DNA of 64,000 nucleotides, taken from contig CAVUVW010000002.1 of the NCBI GenBank assembly GCA_963745035.1, positions 172,808 to 236,807 of the forward strand, given 5' to 3'. The notes below the pieces were generated by a model, which saw nothing but the letters and a program-made list of their open reading frames with translations, ran no database searches and had not been told where the DNA came from. The position numbers were made by a program, and so were the translations under genes. Below are positions 19,702-29,784 of the stretch, piece after piece. The stretch comes from an uncultured delta proteobacterium. GTDB lineage: Bacteria > Desulfobacterota > Binatia > UBA9968. Numbering within the stretch: position 1 is the first letter of the stretch; every line of letters begins with the position of its first letter.

Positions 19702-20067
19702 ATGGGCGCCAAACGCTGGGCGATTGCGGAGGGATACATTCCTGGTTGGAGCCATGGTCCGGAGCCGCAGTTTACGAGCCACGAGACTGTGTGCATTCTC
19801 AATGTTTCGGACGACGACGCGCACGTGGCGATCACCGTCTTCTATTCGGATCGCGAGCCGGCCGGTCCCTATGAACTGCTCGTGCCGGCGCGGCGCACTA
19901 TGCATGTTCGGTTCAACGATTTGCAGGAGCCGGAGCCCATCCCGCTCGATACCGATTTCGCCAGCGTGATCGAGTCCGATGTTCCTGTGGTCGTGCAACA
20001 CACCCGTCTCGATTCACGGCAGAGCGAGAACGCGCTCCTGAGCACCATGGCCTATGCTCAGCAGTAG
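19702..20067 (+). CDS. Anabaena sensory rhodopsin transducer (ASRT) family protein
   Basis: WAIAEGYIP, SHETVCILN, VPARRTMHVRFNDL, SDVPVVVQHTRLDSRQ. Confidence 0.9.
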   Translation: MGAKRWAIAEGYIPGWSHGPEPQFTSHETVCILNVSDDDAHVAITVFYSDREPAGPYELLVPARRTMHVRFNDLQEPEPIPLDTDFASVIESDVPVVVQHTRLDSRQSENALLSTMAYAQQ

Positions 20068-20135
20068 AAATTTTCGGGGGCTCCGCCGTGTGCCGAACCC
20101 AGAGGCGGAGTCGCGCCGCCGTCGTTAGGAACACC

Positions 20136-21152
20136 ATGTCGAAAGCTCAGCCAGAGGTAGTGGTGATTACCGGCGCTTCGGCGGGCGTCGGTCGCGCCAC
20201 CGCGCGCGAGTTTGCGCGCCGCGGTGCCCACATCGGGCTGATCGCCCGCGGCACGGAAGGACTGGAAATCGCCCGTCGGGAAGCCGAGGCGGCGGGCGGC
20301 AAGGCGCTGGTGTTCGCGGCCGACGTCGCCCGCGCCGATCAGGTCGAGGCCGCGGCGGCCGCCGTGGAGGAACGCTTCGGACCCATCGACATTTGGATCA
20401 ACAACGCCATGAGTTCGATTTTCTCGCCGATCAAAGAGATGAGCGCGGAGGAATTCAGAAGAGTCACCGAGGTGACGTACCTCGGCTTCGTCTACGGTAC
20501 TTTGTCCGCGCTCAAGCGCATGTTGCCGCGCGACCGCGGCGTCATCGTCCAAGTCGGCTCGGCTCTGGCGTATCGCGGGATTCCGCTGCAGGCCGCCTAT
20601 TGTGGCGCGAAACATGCGATTCAGGGATTCACCGATTCGCTGCGCTGCGAGTTGCTTCACGACCGGAGCCGCGTGCGGGTCACCGAGGTGCACTTGCCGG
20701 CGCTCAATACGCCGCAGTTTTCCTGGGTCAAAAGCCGGTTACCGCGTAAGCCACAACCGGTGCCGCCGATTTTTCAGCCGGAGCTGGCGGCACGGGCAGT
20801 CTACTGGGCGGCGCACCATCGCCGGCCCGAGCTCTACGTCGGTTGGCCGGCCGTCAAAGCGATCATCGGCAACAAGATTGCCCCGCGTGCGGCCGACTGG
20901 TATCTGGCGCGCTACGGCTATGACTCGCAGCAAAGAGATGTCCCCGAAGATCCAGCGCGACCGGATAATCTTTGGCAGCCAGTGCGGGGCGATCACGGCG
21001 CTCACGGCGAGTTCGATCGCCAGGCGCATAGCGATTCGTACCAGTTCTGGATCACGACGCACCGCCATTGGCTCGCGCTGGCCGGCGTAATCTTGGCCGG
21101 TTGGGCGTGCGCGGCGGAGTTGAAAACCCGGCGGATGCCATGGCGGAAATAA
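20136..21152 (+). CDS. SDR family oxidoreductase
   Basis: TGASAGVG, WINNA, YCGAK catalytic motif. Confidence 0.92.
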   Translation: MSKAQPEVVVITGASAGVGRATAREFARRGAHIGLIARGTEGLEIARREAEAAGGKALVFAADVARADQVEAAAAAVEERFGPIDIWINNAMSSIFSPIKEMSAEEFRRVTEVTYLGFVYGTLSALKRMLPRDRGVIVQVGSALAYRGIPLQAAYCGAKHAIQGFTDSLRCELLHDRSRVRVTEVHLPALNTPQFSWVKSRLPRKPQPVPPIFQPELAARAVYWAAHHRRPELYVGWPAVKAIIGNKIAPRAADWYLARYGYDSQQRDVPEDPARPDNLWQPVRGDHGAHGEFDRQAHSDSYQFWITTHRHWLALAGVILAGWACAAELKTRRMPWRK

Positions 21153-22972
21153 AACGTCGGAGGCGGGCAAAGCGGCGGTCGAAGTCTCACTCAGGGGAGC
21201 AATCCGCCGCTGCCACCGGAGGGCAGCGCGCGAACCAGCTTGCTCGGCGCAAGCGCAGTGGCGAAGGAAACATCAGCTTACCGGACAACAGGAGGAGCAA
21301 AGAGGCGCAACGCCCTGCGATCAACGATCTCTGGTACAAAAACGCGATCATCTATTGCCTCGACGTCGAGAAGTACGTCGATTCGAATGGCGACGGGATC
21401 GGCGATTTCGCCGGACTTTCGCAAAGGCTGGATTATCTCGCCGGCCTGGGCGTCACCTGCGTGTGGCTGCAGCCGTTCTACCCATCGCCGAACCGCGATA
21501 ACGGCTACGACGTGGCCGATTTTTATGGCGTCCATCCCAAGCACGGCACCCTCGGCGAGTTCGTCGACTTCATGAATCACGCGGAACAGCTCGGCATGCG
21601 CGTGATCGTCGATCTGGTGATCAATCATACCTCCGATCGTCATTCTTGGTTTCAGGCCGCCCGCAAAGACCCGGGTTCGCCGTATCGCGACTGGTATGCC
21701 TGGTCCAAGACGCGGCCGGACAACTGGAACACGGGAATGGTCTTCCCGGGCGTGCAGAAAGCGACGTGGACCCGCGATCCGGTGGCCGGCGAGTACTACT
21801 TTCATCGGTTCTACGAGTTTCAGCCGGATCTCAACACTTTCAATCCGGCGGTGCAGCGCGAAATCATGCGCATCATGGGGTTCTGGCTGCAGCTTGGGGT
21901 CTCGGGTTTTCGCATGGACGCGGTGCCGTTTCTGATCGAGAAAAAAGGCGCAGGCGTCGTGCCGCGGAAGGATTTTGAACTTCTCCATCTGCTGCAGGAT
22001 TTCCTCCAATGGCGGCGGCGCGATGCGATCATGCTCGCGGAGGCCAACGTACCTCCCGACGAAAGTATGCAGTACTTCGGAGAGGACGGCGAGCGCCTGC
22101 AGATGATGCTGAACTTCGCGGTCAACCAGCGGGTTTTTTACGCGCTGGCCACCGGCGATATCAAACCGCTGGTGCGCGCGCTGGAAGCGACCTACGAGCG
22201 CCCGCCGACGGCGCAATGGGTGAACTTTCTCCGCAGCCATGACGAGCTCGATCTCGGCCGGCTGACCGACGCGCAACGAGAGCGCGTGTTCCGCGCGTTT
22301 GCGCCGGAAACTGAGATGCAGCTTTATAATCGCGGCATACGGCGCCGTCTGGCGCCGATGCTCGACAACGATCGCCGCAGAATGGAGCTGGCCTTCAGTC
22401 TGCTTTTCACTCTGCCGGGCACGCCGATGCTGCAGTTCGGCGACGAGATCGGACTCGGCGACGACTTGTCGCTGCCCGAACGGGAGTGCGCGCGCACGCC
22501 GATGCAGTGGTCCAGCGAACCGCATGGCGGGTTCACCACCGGACCACGGCCGGTCCTGCCGGTCATCTCCGATCCGATCTACGGCTACCGCCGTGTCAAC
22601 GTCGAAGCGCAACGCCGCGATCCGCAGTCGCTGCTCAACTGGATGGAGCGGAAAATTCGCATGCGCAAGGAATGTCCGGAGATCAGCTGGGGCGACTGGA
22701 AAATTTTACCCACCGACCAGCCCGGTGTCCTCGTCATGTGCTACGCCTGGAGGCAGCGCCACCTGGTGACCTTGCATAATTTCACGGGCAAGCCACGCGC
22801 CGTGGTGCTCGACAGCAAAGCCATTGGCGCTCAGACCGGCCCGGGTACTCTGGTCGACCTTCTGGCTCGGAACGACAGCCGTGCGGACGAGAGCGGGCGC
22901 TTTCTGGTCGAGCTGCAGCCATACGATTATCGCTGGCTCCGTGTCGGCGGTATCGATGTGAGCGGTACGTAA
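21140..22972 (+). CDS. GH13 trehalose synthase-like alpha-amylase family protein (start uncertain)
   Basis: DLWYKNAIIY, RDNGYD, FHRFYEFQPDLN, GFRMDAVP, LAEAN, FLRSHDEL, GIRRRLAPML. Confidence 0.88.
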   Translation: MAEIKRRRRAKRRSKSHSGEQSAAATGGQRANQLARRKRSGEGNISLPDNRRSKEAQRPAINDLWYKNAIIYCLDVEKYVDSNGDGIGDFAGLSQRLDYLAGLGVTCVWLQPFYPSPNRDNGYDVADFYGVHPKHGTLGEFVDFMNHAEQLGMRVIVDLVINHTSDRHSWFQAARKDPGSPYRDWYAWSKTRPDNWNTGMVFPGVQKATWTRDPVAGEYYFHRFYEFQPDLNTFNPAVQREIMRIMGFWLQLGVSGFRMDAVPFLIEKKGAGVVPRKDFELLHLLQDFLQWRRRDAIMLAEANVPPDESMQYFGEDGERLQMMLNFAVNQRVFYALATGDIKPLVRALEATYERPPTAQWVNFLRSHDELDLGRLTDAQRERVFRAFAPETEMQLYNRGIRRRLAPMLDNDRRRMELAFSLLFTLPGTPMLQFGDEIGLGDDLSLPERECARTPMQWSSEPHGGFTTGPRPVLPVISDPIYGYRRVNVEAQRRDPQSLLNWMERKIRMRKECPEISWGDWKILPTDQPGVLVMCYAWRQRHLVTLHNFTGKPRAVVLDSKAIGAQTGPGTLVDLLARNDSRADESGRFLVELQPYDYRWLRVGGIDVSGT

Positions 22973-23170
22973 CGCCGCACTACTCTCCGAGAACCTGCCC
23001 CAGCGGATCGCCGAGCTCCGAGAATCCTAAAAAGACCGGTGACGCATACCGGCGATGAAAACAATCCGGCAGCGGCCCTGATCCAACGGCGGAGACAATC
23101 TAACTCACAAGAGGGATAGCTTGGGAAGAGCAATCAAGTTAAGGAAAGGCGTCGGTGTAATCGCAACATT

Positions 23171-23413
23171 TCATTCTTGGTCTAGATCGTAGAGTCGCGC
23201 TCCTTTTTGCACCTCCTTCTCATCCCATTCTTCGCCACCCTTCACTACCCGGATGCTTTTTCGGTCGACGTCATCCCCGAAAAGCCTCTCCAAGAGCTTT
23301 TGAACCGTGTCCATCGTCGGTTCACCATTACATTTTGCCCAAATGACACGGCTAGCCGGGTCCTGAGGATTGGATGAATTGCTCCTCAGCTCGAATGTGA
23401 TTGAGTAGATCAT
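23171..23413 (-). CDS. Hypothetical protein (80 aa)
   Basis: ORF with purine-rich leader and globular composition. Confidence 0.55.
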   Translation of the reverse strand: MIYSITFELRSNSSNPQDPASRVIWAKCNGEPTMDTVQKLLERLFGDDVDRKSIRVVKGGEEWDEKEVQKGARLYDLDQE

Positions 23414-23553
23414 CTCTTCTTAATTTGAACGAAAGCCGAGTTAGTTCAAGTCCGCTTGCTTTCTGCCGCGTCTGATTTTTAAAGGCCTCGTAAAACTTCT
23501 TCGACGGCTTGACGCGCGCAGCACGTTTAAATTCTCGGTCGTGGCAAATGAGA

Positions 23554-23733
23554 CTATTTCTTCTTCTGCTTCTGTCTACTACGCTTGAAAGGGCCTCTCA
23601 TGCCTTCTTGTACGGCTTCACGCGCGAGGCGCTCAAGATTGTTTTGAGTTTTCTGTGTCGGAAACACGAGTGGCTGGCCTACCTGCCAATCGGTACTCCG
23701 ACGTTTGGTTTGCGACTTTTTAGTTTTTGCCAT
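23554..23733 (-). CDS. Small basic hypothetical protein
   Basis: MAKTKKSQTKRR...KRSRQKQKKK. Confidence 0.4.
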   Translation of the reverse strand: MAKTKKSQTKRRSTDWQVGQPLVFPTQKTQNNLERLAREAVQEGMRGPFKRSRQKQKKK

Positions 23734-24027
23734 GCTACAAGAATGGCACAACACGGCGGGTTTCACCATGCCTCTTTTTGTCGCATCGCAGGATTAAGCT
23801 TAGCAGTGAACCAAAATTAACGATGGACAATTCCGTCCTGCCGGCGGGGGATCGCTTTTTGCTCGGGCATTTGGAACTCGCGATCATGCGATTTTATGGA
23901 ACTCTTGGGAGCCGCAGCTCCTCTCAGTTCTGGCCTGTTCGTTGCTCTGTTTTCAGCGGACGGACAATGTGATTCACAACAAGCCGCGTCGGGACGGCAG
24001 AGAAATCTGTAGCGGCCCGTCGGCAGT

Positions 24028-24339
24028 TTGGCATCGAGCAACCCAAACTCGCTCTTTCGCTTGTCCGGCTTTTTATCTGGAGCAACGCTTTTGGGTATTC
24101 TGCTAACGTTCAAGGGACCAAAATCGAGACGTAAACGGAAAGATCTCGCCGTTCAACCACTCAAGCACTGTAAGGTGCCATTGGATGAACTGGAGACAAA
24201 GTTTGCCATCGAGCTAGGCGATGGGGATTTGGCCCTTGGAATCCGCCGCGCCATCATTCTTGCTGCCATGCGACAGCCGAAAACACAATGCATTGAGCGC
24301 CTTGTAGGTTTGTCGGGGCTGTTTGCCTCAGTGGAATAG
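24028..24339 (+). CDS. Hypothetical protein, possible ribbon-helix-helix-like DNA-binding domain (start uncertain)
   Basis: Basic arm followed by CKVPLDELETKFAIELGDGDLALGIRRAI. Confidence 0.35.
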   Translation: MASSNPNSLFRLSGFLSGATLLGILLTFKGPKSRRKRKDLAVQPLKHCKVPLDELETKFAIELGDGDLALGIRRAIILAAMRQPKTQCIERLVGLSGLFASVE

Positions 24340-24402
24340 AGAGTCGCGCTGGCGAACTTGGCTGGCCTATTCTGAAGACGTCCGGCATGTTAGTTTTAGT
24401 GC

Positions 24403-24572
24403 ATGACGTTTGAAAACGATAAAGGCGAAAAAGTAGAAATCAACTTTCAGAACTTCGAGAAAATCTTGCCGGGGGAAAACCAGGCTTCACGCCCGTGAAG
24501 CTTAAAAACGGTCAGGAAGTATGGGTGCAAGCGACGGAAAATGAGATTCTCGAAGCTACTGCCGAAGAATAG
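24403..24572 (+). CDS. Small hypothetical protein (~56 aa, frameshift in the GGGGGAAAA run)
   Basis: MTFENDKGEKVEINFQNFEKILPG continues as KPGFTPVKLKNGQEVWVQATENEILEATAEE after a one-base shift. Confidence 0.45.
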
Positions 24573-24643
24573 CCATCCTCCCGCGTAGCACGTTCCTCAT
24601 CCTGCTTACGCGGGCCCATGATAACGTGTGTGAATTTCGCCCC

Positions 24644-24910
24644 TCAAGATCGTAGGAAATTTTCTAACGCGACCTTTGCCCGGTCAGTTCCCAGTCTCGC
24701 GAAATCGACTTGTCCCGAGGTGTACTCGTCAGACTTGGATTTCCAGGCGATACGATGGTCTAGGATCTGCTCGATGATCTCGGCGGTCCATTTTTTTCCT
24801 TTGCCGCCGATGCTGGCCCGCCAATGAAGCCGCTGATCGTCTAGCTGGTGGAATTCCTTGACTCCTTCCATGAATCTGGGGAATTCTTCAAACTGCGTCC
24901 ATTGATTGTA
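24644..24910 (-). pseudogene. SRPBCC/cyclase family gene fragment
   Basis: YNQWTQFEEFPRFMEGVKEFHQLDDQRLHWRASIGG...IAWKS; N- and C-termini missing. Confidence 0.75.
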
Positions 24911-25077
24911 ATGATTTTTTGTTGTTTCGCGATTTCCGCTGCGTCAAATTCAGCGTGGGGTGAAATTCTCAGGCCCTCATAATTGTCCCGTGATCGTCGG
25001 CGGGCTAGTCGGACCCGACGTGCCTTGGATAGGAATACGGTATCCCCAGTCGTATTTGTGATTGGAGGCGCCGAGAT

Positions 25078-25587
25078 ATGAAGATTTTTGGTTTGAAGAA
25101 GAAGATCATCGGTGTAGGACTGATCTCCGTATTTTTCGCCATGAGTTATTCTGCGGCACAAGAAAAGGTTCTGTTGGATTTGAAACGGCTCGCCAACAAG
25201 CCCCGGCCGGAGATAGAAAAATTCCTGGGGACGCCGTCAAAGTTGATCGATGATGTTTTCAGAAGTACGCGCGGCTATACATACCCGGCAGTGAGGGCGA
25301 GCTATATGAACGACTCCATAGAAGTGACTTATTTGGAGGGAGGAGCGCGGTATTTTAAGATATGGATTCAAAAATTGGGCGGAAGATATCAGGGCTACTC
25401 CTATCCGGAAGATACATCGATGCTCCTCGGAGACCTCGGCCTGGATCGAAACATTGCAGCCGATTTCTCCAATAACACTGTAACCAGATGGCGAGACCTA
25501 CCGGACATTTACGAGATCAACTTTTTTGCTACGGCCGAAAAGCGAATTTGGTATGTGCATGTGGTGACCAGTCGAATTTACGAATGA
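25078..25587 (+). CDS. Hypothetical exported protein
   Basis: GGAGG RBS; basic then hydrophobic signal peptide ending SAA. Confidence 0.7.
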   Translation: MKIFGLKKKIIGVGLISVFFAMSYSAAQEKVLLDLKRLANKPRPEIEKFLGTPSKLIDDVFRSTRGYTYPAVRASYMNDSIEVTYLEGGARYFKIWIQKLGGRYQGYSYPEDTSMLLGDLGLDRNIAADFSNNTVTRWRDLPDIYEINFFATAEKRIWYVHVVTSRIYE

Positions 25588-25674
25588 CGAGCCATGTCTG
25601 CTGTGGCAATCCTCAAGCCTGGTGTCGTTTGCTTTTCTTTTTCCTCTGTTGCAACGACGATACGTTGCCGATCA

Positions 25675-27396
25675 TCACGATGCGGCCAGATGTTCGGCAA
25701 TTTTCCGCGCCAGCGTCAATCCGGTCAGCGCCGGATTCACCGAGCCTACCGTCGGGAACAACGACTGATCACAAGCGTACGCGTTGTTGATGTGGTGAAA
25801 GCGCCCGTTACTGTTCGTCACCGAATTTGCCTGGTTATCGCCCATCCACAGCGTGCCGGATTCATGATAGGTCGTTCCTAGCCCGCGATGCCACTCTGGA
25901 AACGGTCGGTTGAGCGGAAACGGTTGCGTCTGCCACCCGCCGTCGTAAAGGTACTCAATATTGCCGGGCCCTTGAGCGATCGCCTGCGCCAGGGCGAGGG
26001 CCGTCTGATCCATCGCCTGCCAAACCTGCAAATCACCTGAGTTGAGCGTGATCTGCACATACGCCCTCGGCACGCCGAACTCGTCAAATTCGTAGGGGCT
26101 CAGGTTGATCCAGCTTGTCGTTGCATTGGGAATGCCGGACGTCTTGTCGCCGCGCATTTCGCCGATACCGCGAAATGTGATCGTAATCCAGTCCGGATCC
26201 TGATTGGCGAGCTGTGCCGAAAGGATGTCCACGTCGGGAATCATTCGAAACAGCATCTCGTCCGAGCCTGCCGCGTGCGTCGACGCGGTGATCTGGATGT
26301 GAAAGCGCCCCGACGGCGTCACGCCACGAACCAAGAGCGCCGCGGTTTGCACGTGCGCGGGTACAGGCGGCAATGCCGACCTGCGCACGCGCACGGTGAA
26401 GTCGCTGCGCACGTGTGCCATCAGATTGCGTCCCATCAGCGGCGTCGGAAAAGAATGCAGCGCGAGGCGCGTGCTTTCGATCGCGCTCGCTGCCAGTATC
26501 ACCGCGCATTGCGGGCTGACGGGCAAGAACTTCCGTTGACCACCGACGTCGAGCTCAAGGGTGTGTACCACGCCGCCGCCGGCGTGCAGCTTGATCACGT
26601 GCGCGAGCGGAACGAGAAAGAGCCTGCGGTTCGCGTCGTTCAATCCGGAAGCATCGACGGCATCGCGGATCGCTTCGACTACGATCGGCAAGCTGCTGAA
26701 TTTATCGAAGCTGAACAGGCCCGATTGGGGTGCGCTGCCTTGAACCGCCAAAGGCGCCACTTCGACACCGTTATTTCCGACGGTCGTATCGATGTTCGAT
26801 ACCGAGCCGACCACCGATCCAACCTTGCTATGCAATACCTGGAACAGCTCACCGAAGATGAAATCCGTTCCGGGCACGACGCCGGTCTCGCTCTCAACGT
26901 CCGTATAGTGCTGATTGAAATACTGCGCGATTGCAGAGGGCCAGCCTTGCAAGTCGGCGGCAGTAAGCCGGGGACACCAGCCTCCCCAGTAAATCGATTT
27001 CCCGCCGGTGCAGTACGCCAGCCCGGGGAATTCCACGTTGCCGCGCCAAGGAATCCCCCACACGAGGTCGCGCGCCACGCCGGTGTCGCTCGACGGTGCA
27101 ATCGGCGACGGCACATTCAATCCGATGCGAGCCAGGTTCTGCACGTGCTCCGATACCATGAAGCGCCCCGCGTCGAGTAGAAGCACCCGCTTGCTCGAAC
27201 TCCGGCGGAAGATCTTCGCGGCACAGTACGCACCGTACATCCCCGCGCCGATGACGATCGCGGAGAACGGCGCGCCGCCTTGAGCCGTTGCCTCTTCCCA
27301 GGTGCTACAGATGTAGCGGGCGAGCGCATCGACCGCGAATGACGTGTGTTGGACCGCAACCTGATTGCCGCCGGGGACTAGATTGGGGAGTGGCAT
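25675..27396 (-). CDS. GMC-family FAD oxidoreductase
   Basis: IVIGAGMYG, GGKSIYWGG, ESTRLAL, HESGTLWMG, VNPALT; GGAG RBS. Confidence 0.88.
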   Translation of the reverse strand: MPLPNLVPGGNQVAVQHTSFAVDALARYICSTWEEATAQGGAPFSAIVIGAGMYGAYCAAKIFRRSSSKRVLLLDAGRFMVSEHVQNLARIGLNVPSPIAPSSDTGVARDLVWGIPWRGNVEFPGLAYCTGGKSIYWGGWCPRLTAADLQGWPSAIAQYFNQHYTDVESETGVVPGTDFIFGELFQVLHSKVGSVVGSVSNIDTTVGNNGVEVAPLAVQGSAPQSGLFSFDKFSSLPIVVEAIRDAVDASGLNDANRRLFLVPLAHVIKLHAGGGVVHTLELDVGGQRKFLPVSPQCAVILAASAIESTRLALHSFPTPLMGRNLMAHVRSDFTVRVRRSALPPVPAHVQTAALLVRGVTPSGRFHIQITASTHAAGSDEMLFRMIPDVDILSAQLANQDPDWITITFRGIGEMRGDKTSGIPNATTSWINLSPYEFDEFGVPRAYVQITLNSGDLQVWQAMDQTALALAQAIAQGPGNIEYLYDGGWQTQPFPLNRPFPEWHRGLGTTYHESGTLWMGDNQANSVTNSNGRFHHINNAYACDQSLFPTVGSVNPALTGLTLARKIAEHLAAS

Positions 27397-27706
27397 GCGT
27401 GTTCTCCTGGTCTTAGCGTTGAAAGCGAAGACGGGTTGGCCGATGCCAATCGAACCGGGATGGCGTCACCGTCTAGCGAAGGCGGCGCGGCGTTTCCGTC
27501 TCCTCTCGTTCACCCTATGCAATTCGTCCGGTCGCATACAAGATGCTTTGTGTCATCACGCAAGTCGTAATGAATCGCTAGAAAAGTTACTATGCATCTC
27601 AAAGTCGTTACTGCCTAAAGCACGCAAAAGAGCGCCAATTGACAAGCTCGGCACCGGCTTGGTAGTGGTTTAGCTAGCGGTGACGGATCAAAGAAAGGGA
27701 ATTCCC

Positions 27707-28003
27707 ATGAATCGTCTAAAATTAAAGGCCTCGCTGGTGATTTTTCTGTTTTCATGCGCCGGCTGCGCGAGCGGCGCTTACAACCTAGCGGATCTTCCCC
27801 AGGAGCAAGCCGGCAGCGGCTATTGCCACAAGAAGCTGCGACCGGTTGGCTCCACCGACCCCGCCAAGGCGTTCCATGGCAATTCGGGCGACTACATCGA
27901 CTACTCAGGCCCGTGCGACGGGCCCTCGACCCAAGAGCAAGTCCGGAAACAAAGACGATTTGAGCAGTTTCGATTCGGCCGCGACTACATGGATGAAGGC
28001 TAG
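27707..28003 (+). CDS. Hypothetical lipoprotein
   Basis: MNRLKLKASLVIFLFSCAGC lipobox; two further Cys residues. Confidence 0.65.
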   Translation: MNRLKLKASLVIFLFSCAGCASGAYNLADLPQEQAGSGYCHKKLRPVGSTDPAKAFHGNSGDYIDYSGPCDGPSTQEQVRKQRRFEQFRFGRDYMDEG

Positions 28004-28187
28004 AAGTTCTGTACAGGACGTCAGGCAAATTCCCAGCGCTAACCGCGCAGTTTAGATAGGCGGCATCACTGAGCGCCTCCCCGTTAGTTCCCTCATTGGC
28101 CAGGCCACATCCGATAGACTCACTTGGTGCCGGTACAAAGGAAGCGCACCGCAGCACCTTTACAGCGGATCGTCGATACAATCTCCC

Positions 28188-29378
28188 ATGAAACGTTCCG
28201 GCATCGCCGACCTTCCACTTCACGGCGGCCGTGTACCGCAATGGCTTGCCGAGCGCATGACGAAGCTCGGCGCTGCCATCACCGAAGTGATTGTGCGCGA
28301 CTACGGCACGTCGGTTTTCCTGTCGCGCCTCAGCGATCCGTTCTGGTTTCAAGCGCTGGGCGCCACGCTGGGGATGGACTGGCATTCATCCGGCATCACG
28401 ACATCGGTCATGGGCGCGCTCAAGCGCGGACTTGGGCCCGGCGCGGCGGAGCTTGGCATCTATATTTGCGGCGGTCGCGGCAGGTTCTCGCGCAACACGC
28501 CGCAGGAGCTGCGGGCGGTGGCCGATGCTCGGGGCTTCGACGGCGAGGCCTTGGTCCGGGCCAGCCGGCTCACCGCGAGGATCGACAACAATGCGATCGC
28601 CGACGGATTTCAGATCTATCTTCATAGTTTTATCGTCGCGGCGAACGGCGAGTGGGCGGTGGTGCAGCAGGGCTTGAACGAGCGCAGCGGCATGGCGCGG
28701 CGCTATCATTGGCACTCGGCCTCGGTGCGCGACTTTGTCGCCGAGCCGCATACCGGAATCGTCGGCGAGCACCAGGGCACGATCATGAATTTGGTGGATG
28801 CCCGGGCGCAGCCCGCGCAAAGCGCGCTTCTGGAAATCACCCGCGAAAAGCCGGAAACGATTCTCACCGCCGCGCGCCGGCTGCGCCTGCCGTACCATCA
28901 CGAAGTGCGCTCGAACAATATCGATCTCAAGCGGCTGGGAGCTGTGCTCGCGGTCGCCTACGAGCGGGACTTGCGCCAGTTCGCCGAGCTCTTGCTCCTG
29001 GAGAAACTCGGGCCGCGCACTCTGCAGTCGCTCGCTTTGATCGCCGAAGTCGTTCACGGCGCGCCTACCCGCTTTTCCGATCCCGCGCGCTTTTCTTTCG
29101 CGCACGGCGGCAAGGATGGTCATCCGTTTCCGGTGCCGCTGAAAACCTACGACGAAACTCTCGACTTCCTCAAAATAGCGCTCGCCACGGCAAAGCTGGG
29201 CGACCAGGACAAGCTCGATGGCTTTCGCCGTCTCGAACGCTTCGTTCGCAGAATAGAAAATGAGCTCCAACCCCGAGCCGATTGCGAAGCCGTAATTGCC
29301 CATGAAAAAGCGATCTCCCGATCACTCGGTGGGCGGAGTGCTTTCGACGAGCGCGCGCGGCAACTCCGGCTTTTCTGA
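28188..29378 (+). CDS. DUF763 domain protein
   Basis: ADLPLHGGRVP, DPFWFQALG...MDWHSSGITT, WAVVQQG, FSFAHGGKDGHPFPV. Confidence 0.9.
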   Translation: MKRSGIADLPLHGGRVPQWLAERMTKLGAAITEVIVRDYGTSVFLSRLSDPFWFQALGATLGMDWHSSGITTSVMGALKRGLGPGAAELGIYICGGRGRFSRNTPQELRAVADARGFDGEALVRASRLTARIDNNAIADGFQIYLHSFIVAANGEWAVVQQGLNERSGMARRYHWHSASVRDFVAEPHTGIVGEHQGTIMNLVDARAQPAQSALLEITREKPETILTAARRLRLPYHHEVRSNNIDLKRLGAVLAVAYERDLRQFAELLLLEKLGPRTLQSLALIAEVVHGAPTRFSDPARFSFAHGGKDGHPFPVPLKTYDETLDFLKIALATAKLGDQDKLDGFRRLERFVRRIENELQPRADCEAVIAHEKAISRSLGGRSAFDERARQLRLF

Positions 29379-29460
29379 TTCGAGACGAAAATTCGGCGAG
29401 TATTTTGCCGCGATGTTTAATCTTGGTCGCTCATCTTATGCCGTCAATGCGTGATGATGG

Positions 29461-29772
29461 TCAGATCATTGGATCGGACCGCCGTCGGGGCTTGTCCGAA
29501 TGGGCGGCGATCAGTGCTTGGGTGGCGCGCCGAAGATCGCCCCAGCTCAGTAAATCCAAGCGGGTCTTGCGGCGCAGCGCGCCCGCGTACGTCAGGCCGC
29601 GCGCGCCGCAGTAGCGCGAACACAGCCACACATCAGTCGAGGGTCTGCCGCTCGGCGCGCGGCTCATGTAAAGGGTAGCGCCGCAGACGCACGGTTTGCG
29701 TTCAGCGGCGGGCACGATGATTTTCACGGCTTCCATGGACTGTCTTTCTTTGTTGAGACGACTTAGATTCAT
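29461..29772 (-). CDS. Putative zinc-ribbon protein
   Basis: CVCGATL...WLCSRYC four-Cys pattern; same reading frame as the upstream C2H2 ORF. Confidence 0.45.
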   Translation of the reverse strand: MNLSRLNKERQSMEAVKIIVPAAERKPCVCGATLYMSRAPSGRPSTDVWLCSRYCGARGLTYAGALRRKTRLDLLSWGDLRRATQALIAAHSDKPRRRSDPMI

Positions 29773-29784
29773 GATACAGGGCTG

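Noticed and set aside
19702-20067. Light-sensing system implied by ASRT
   Set aside because: No rhodopsin or retinal-synthesis gene in the window
21278-22612. Long antisense ORFs (also 35996-37186, 44861-46210, 48697-50130, 54586-55719)
   Set aside because: Shadow ORFs expected opposite GC-rich genes; no recognisable motifs
28036-28090. GCTAAC...GTTAG segment as a second attC
   Set aside because: Inner arms pair poorly and lack the attC box pattern
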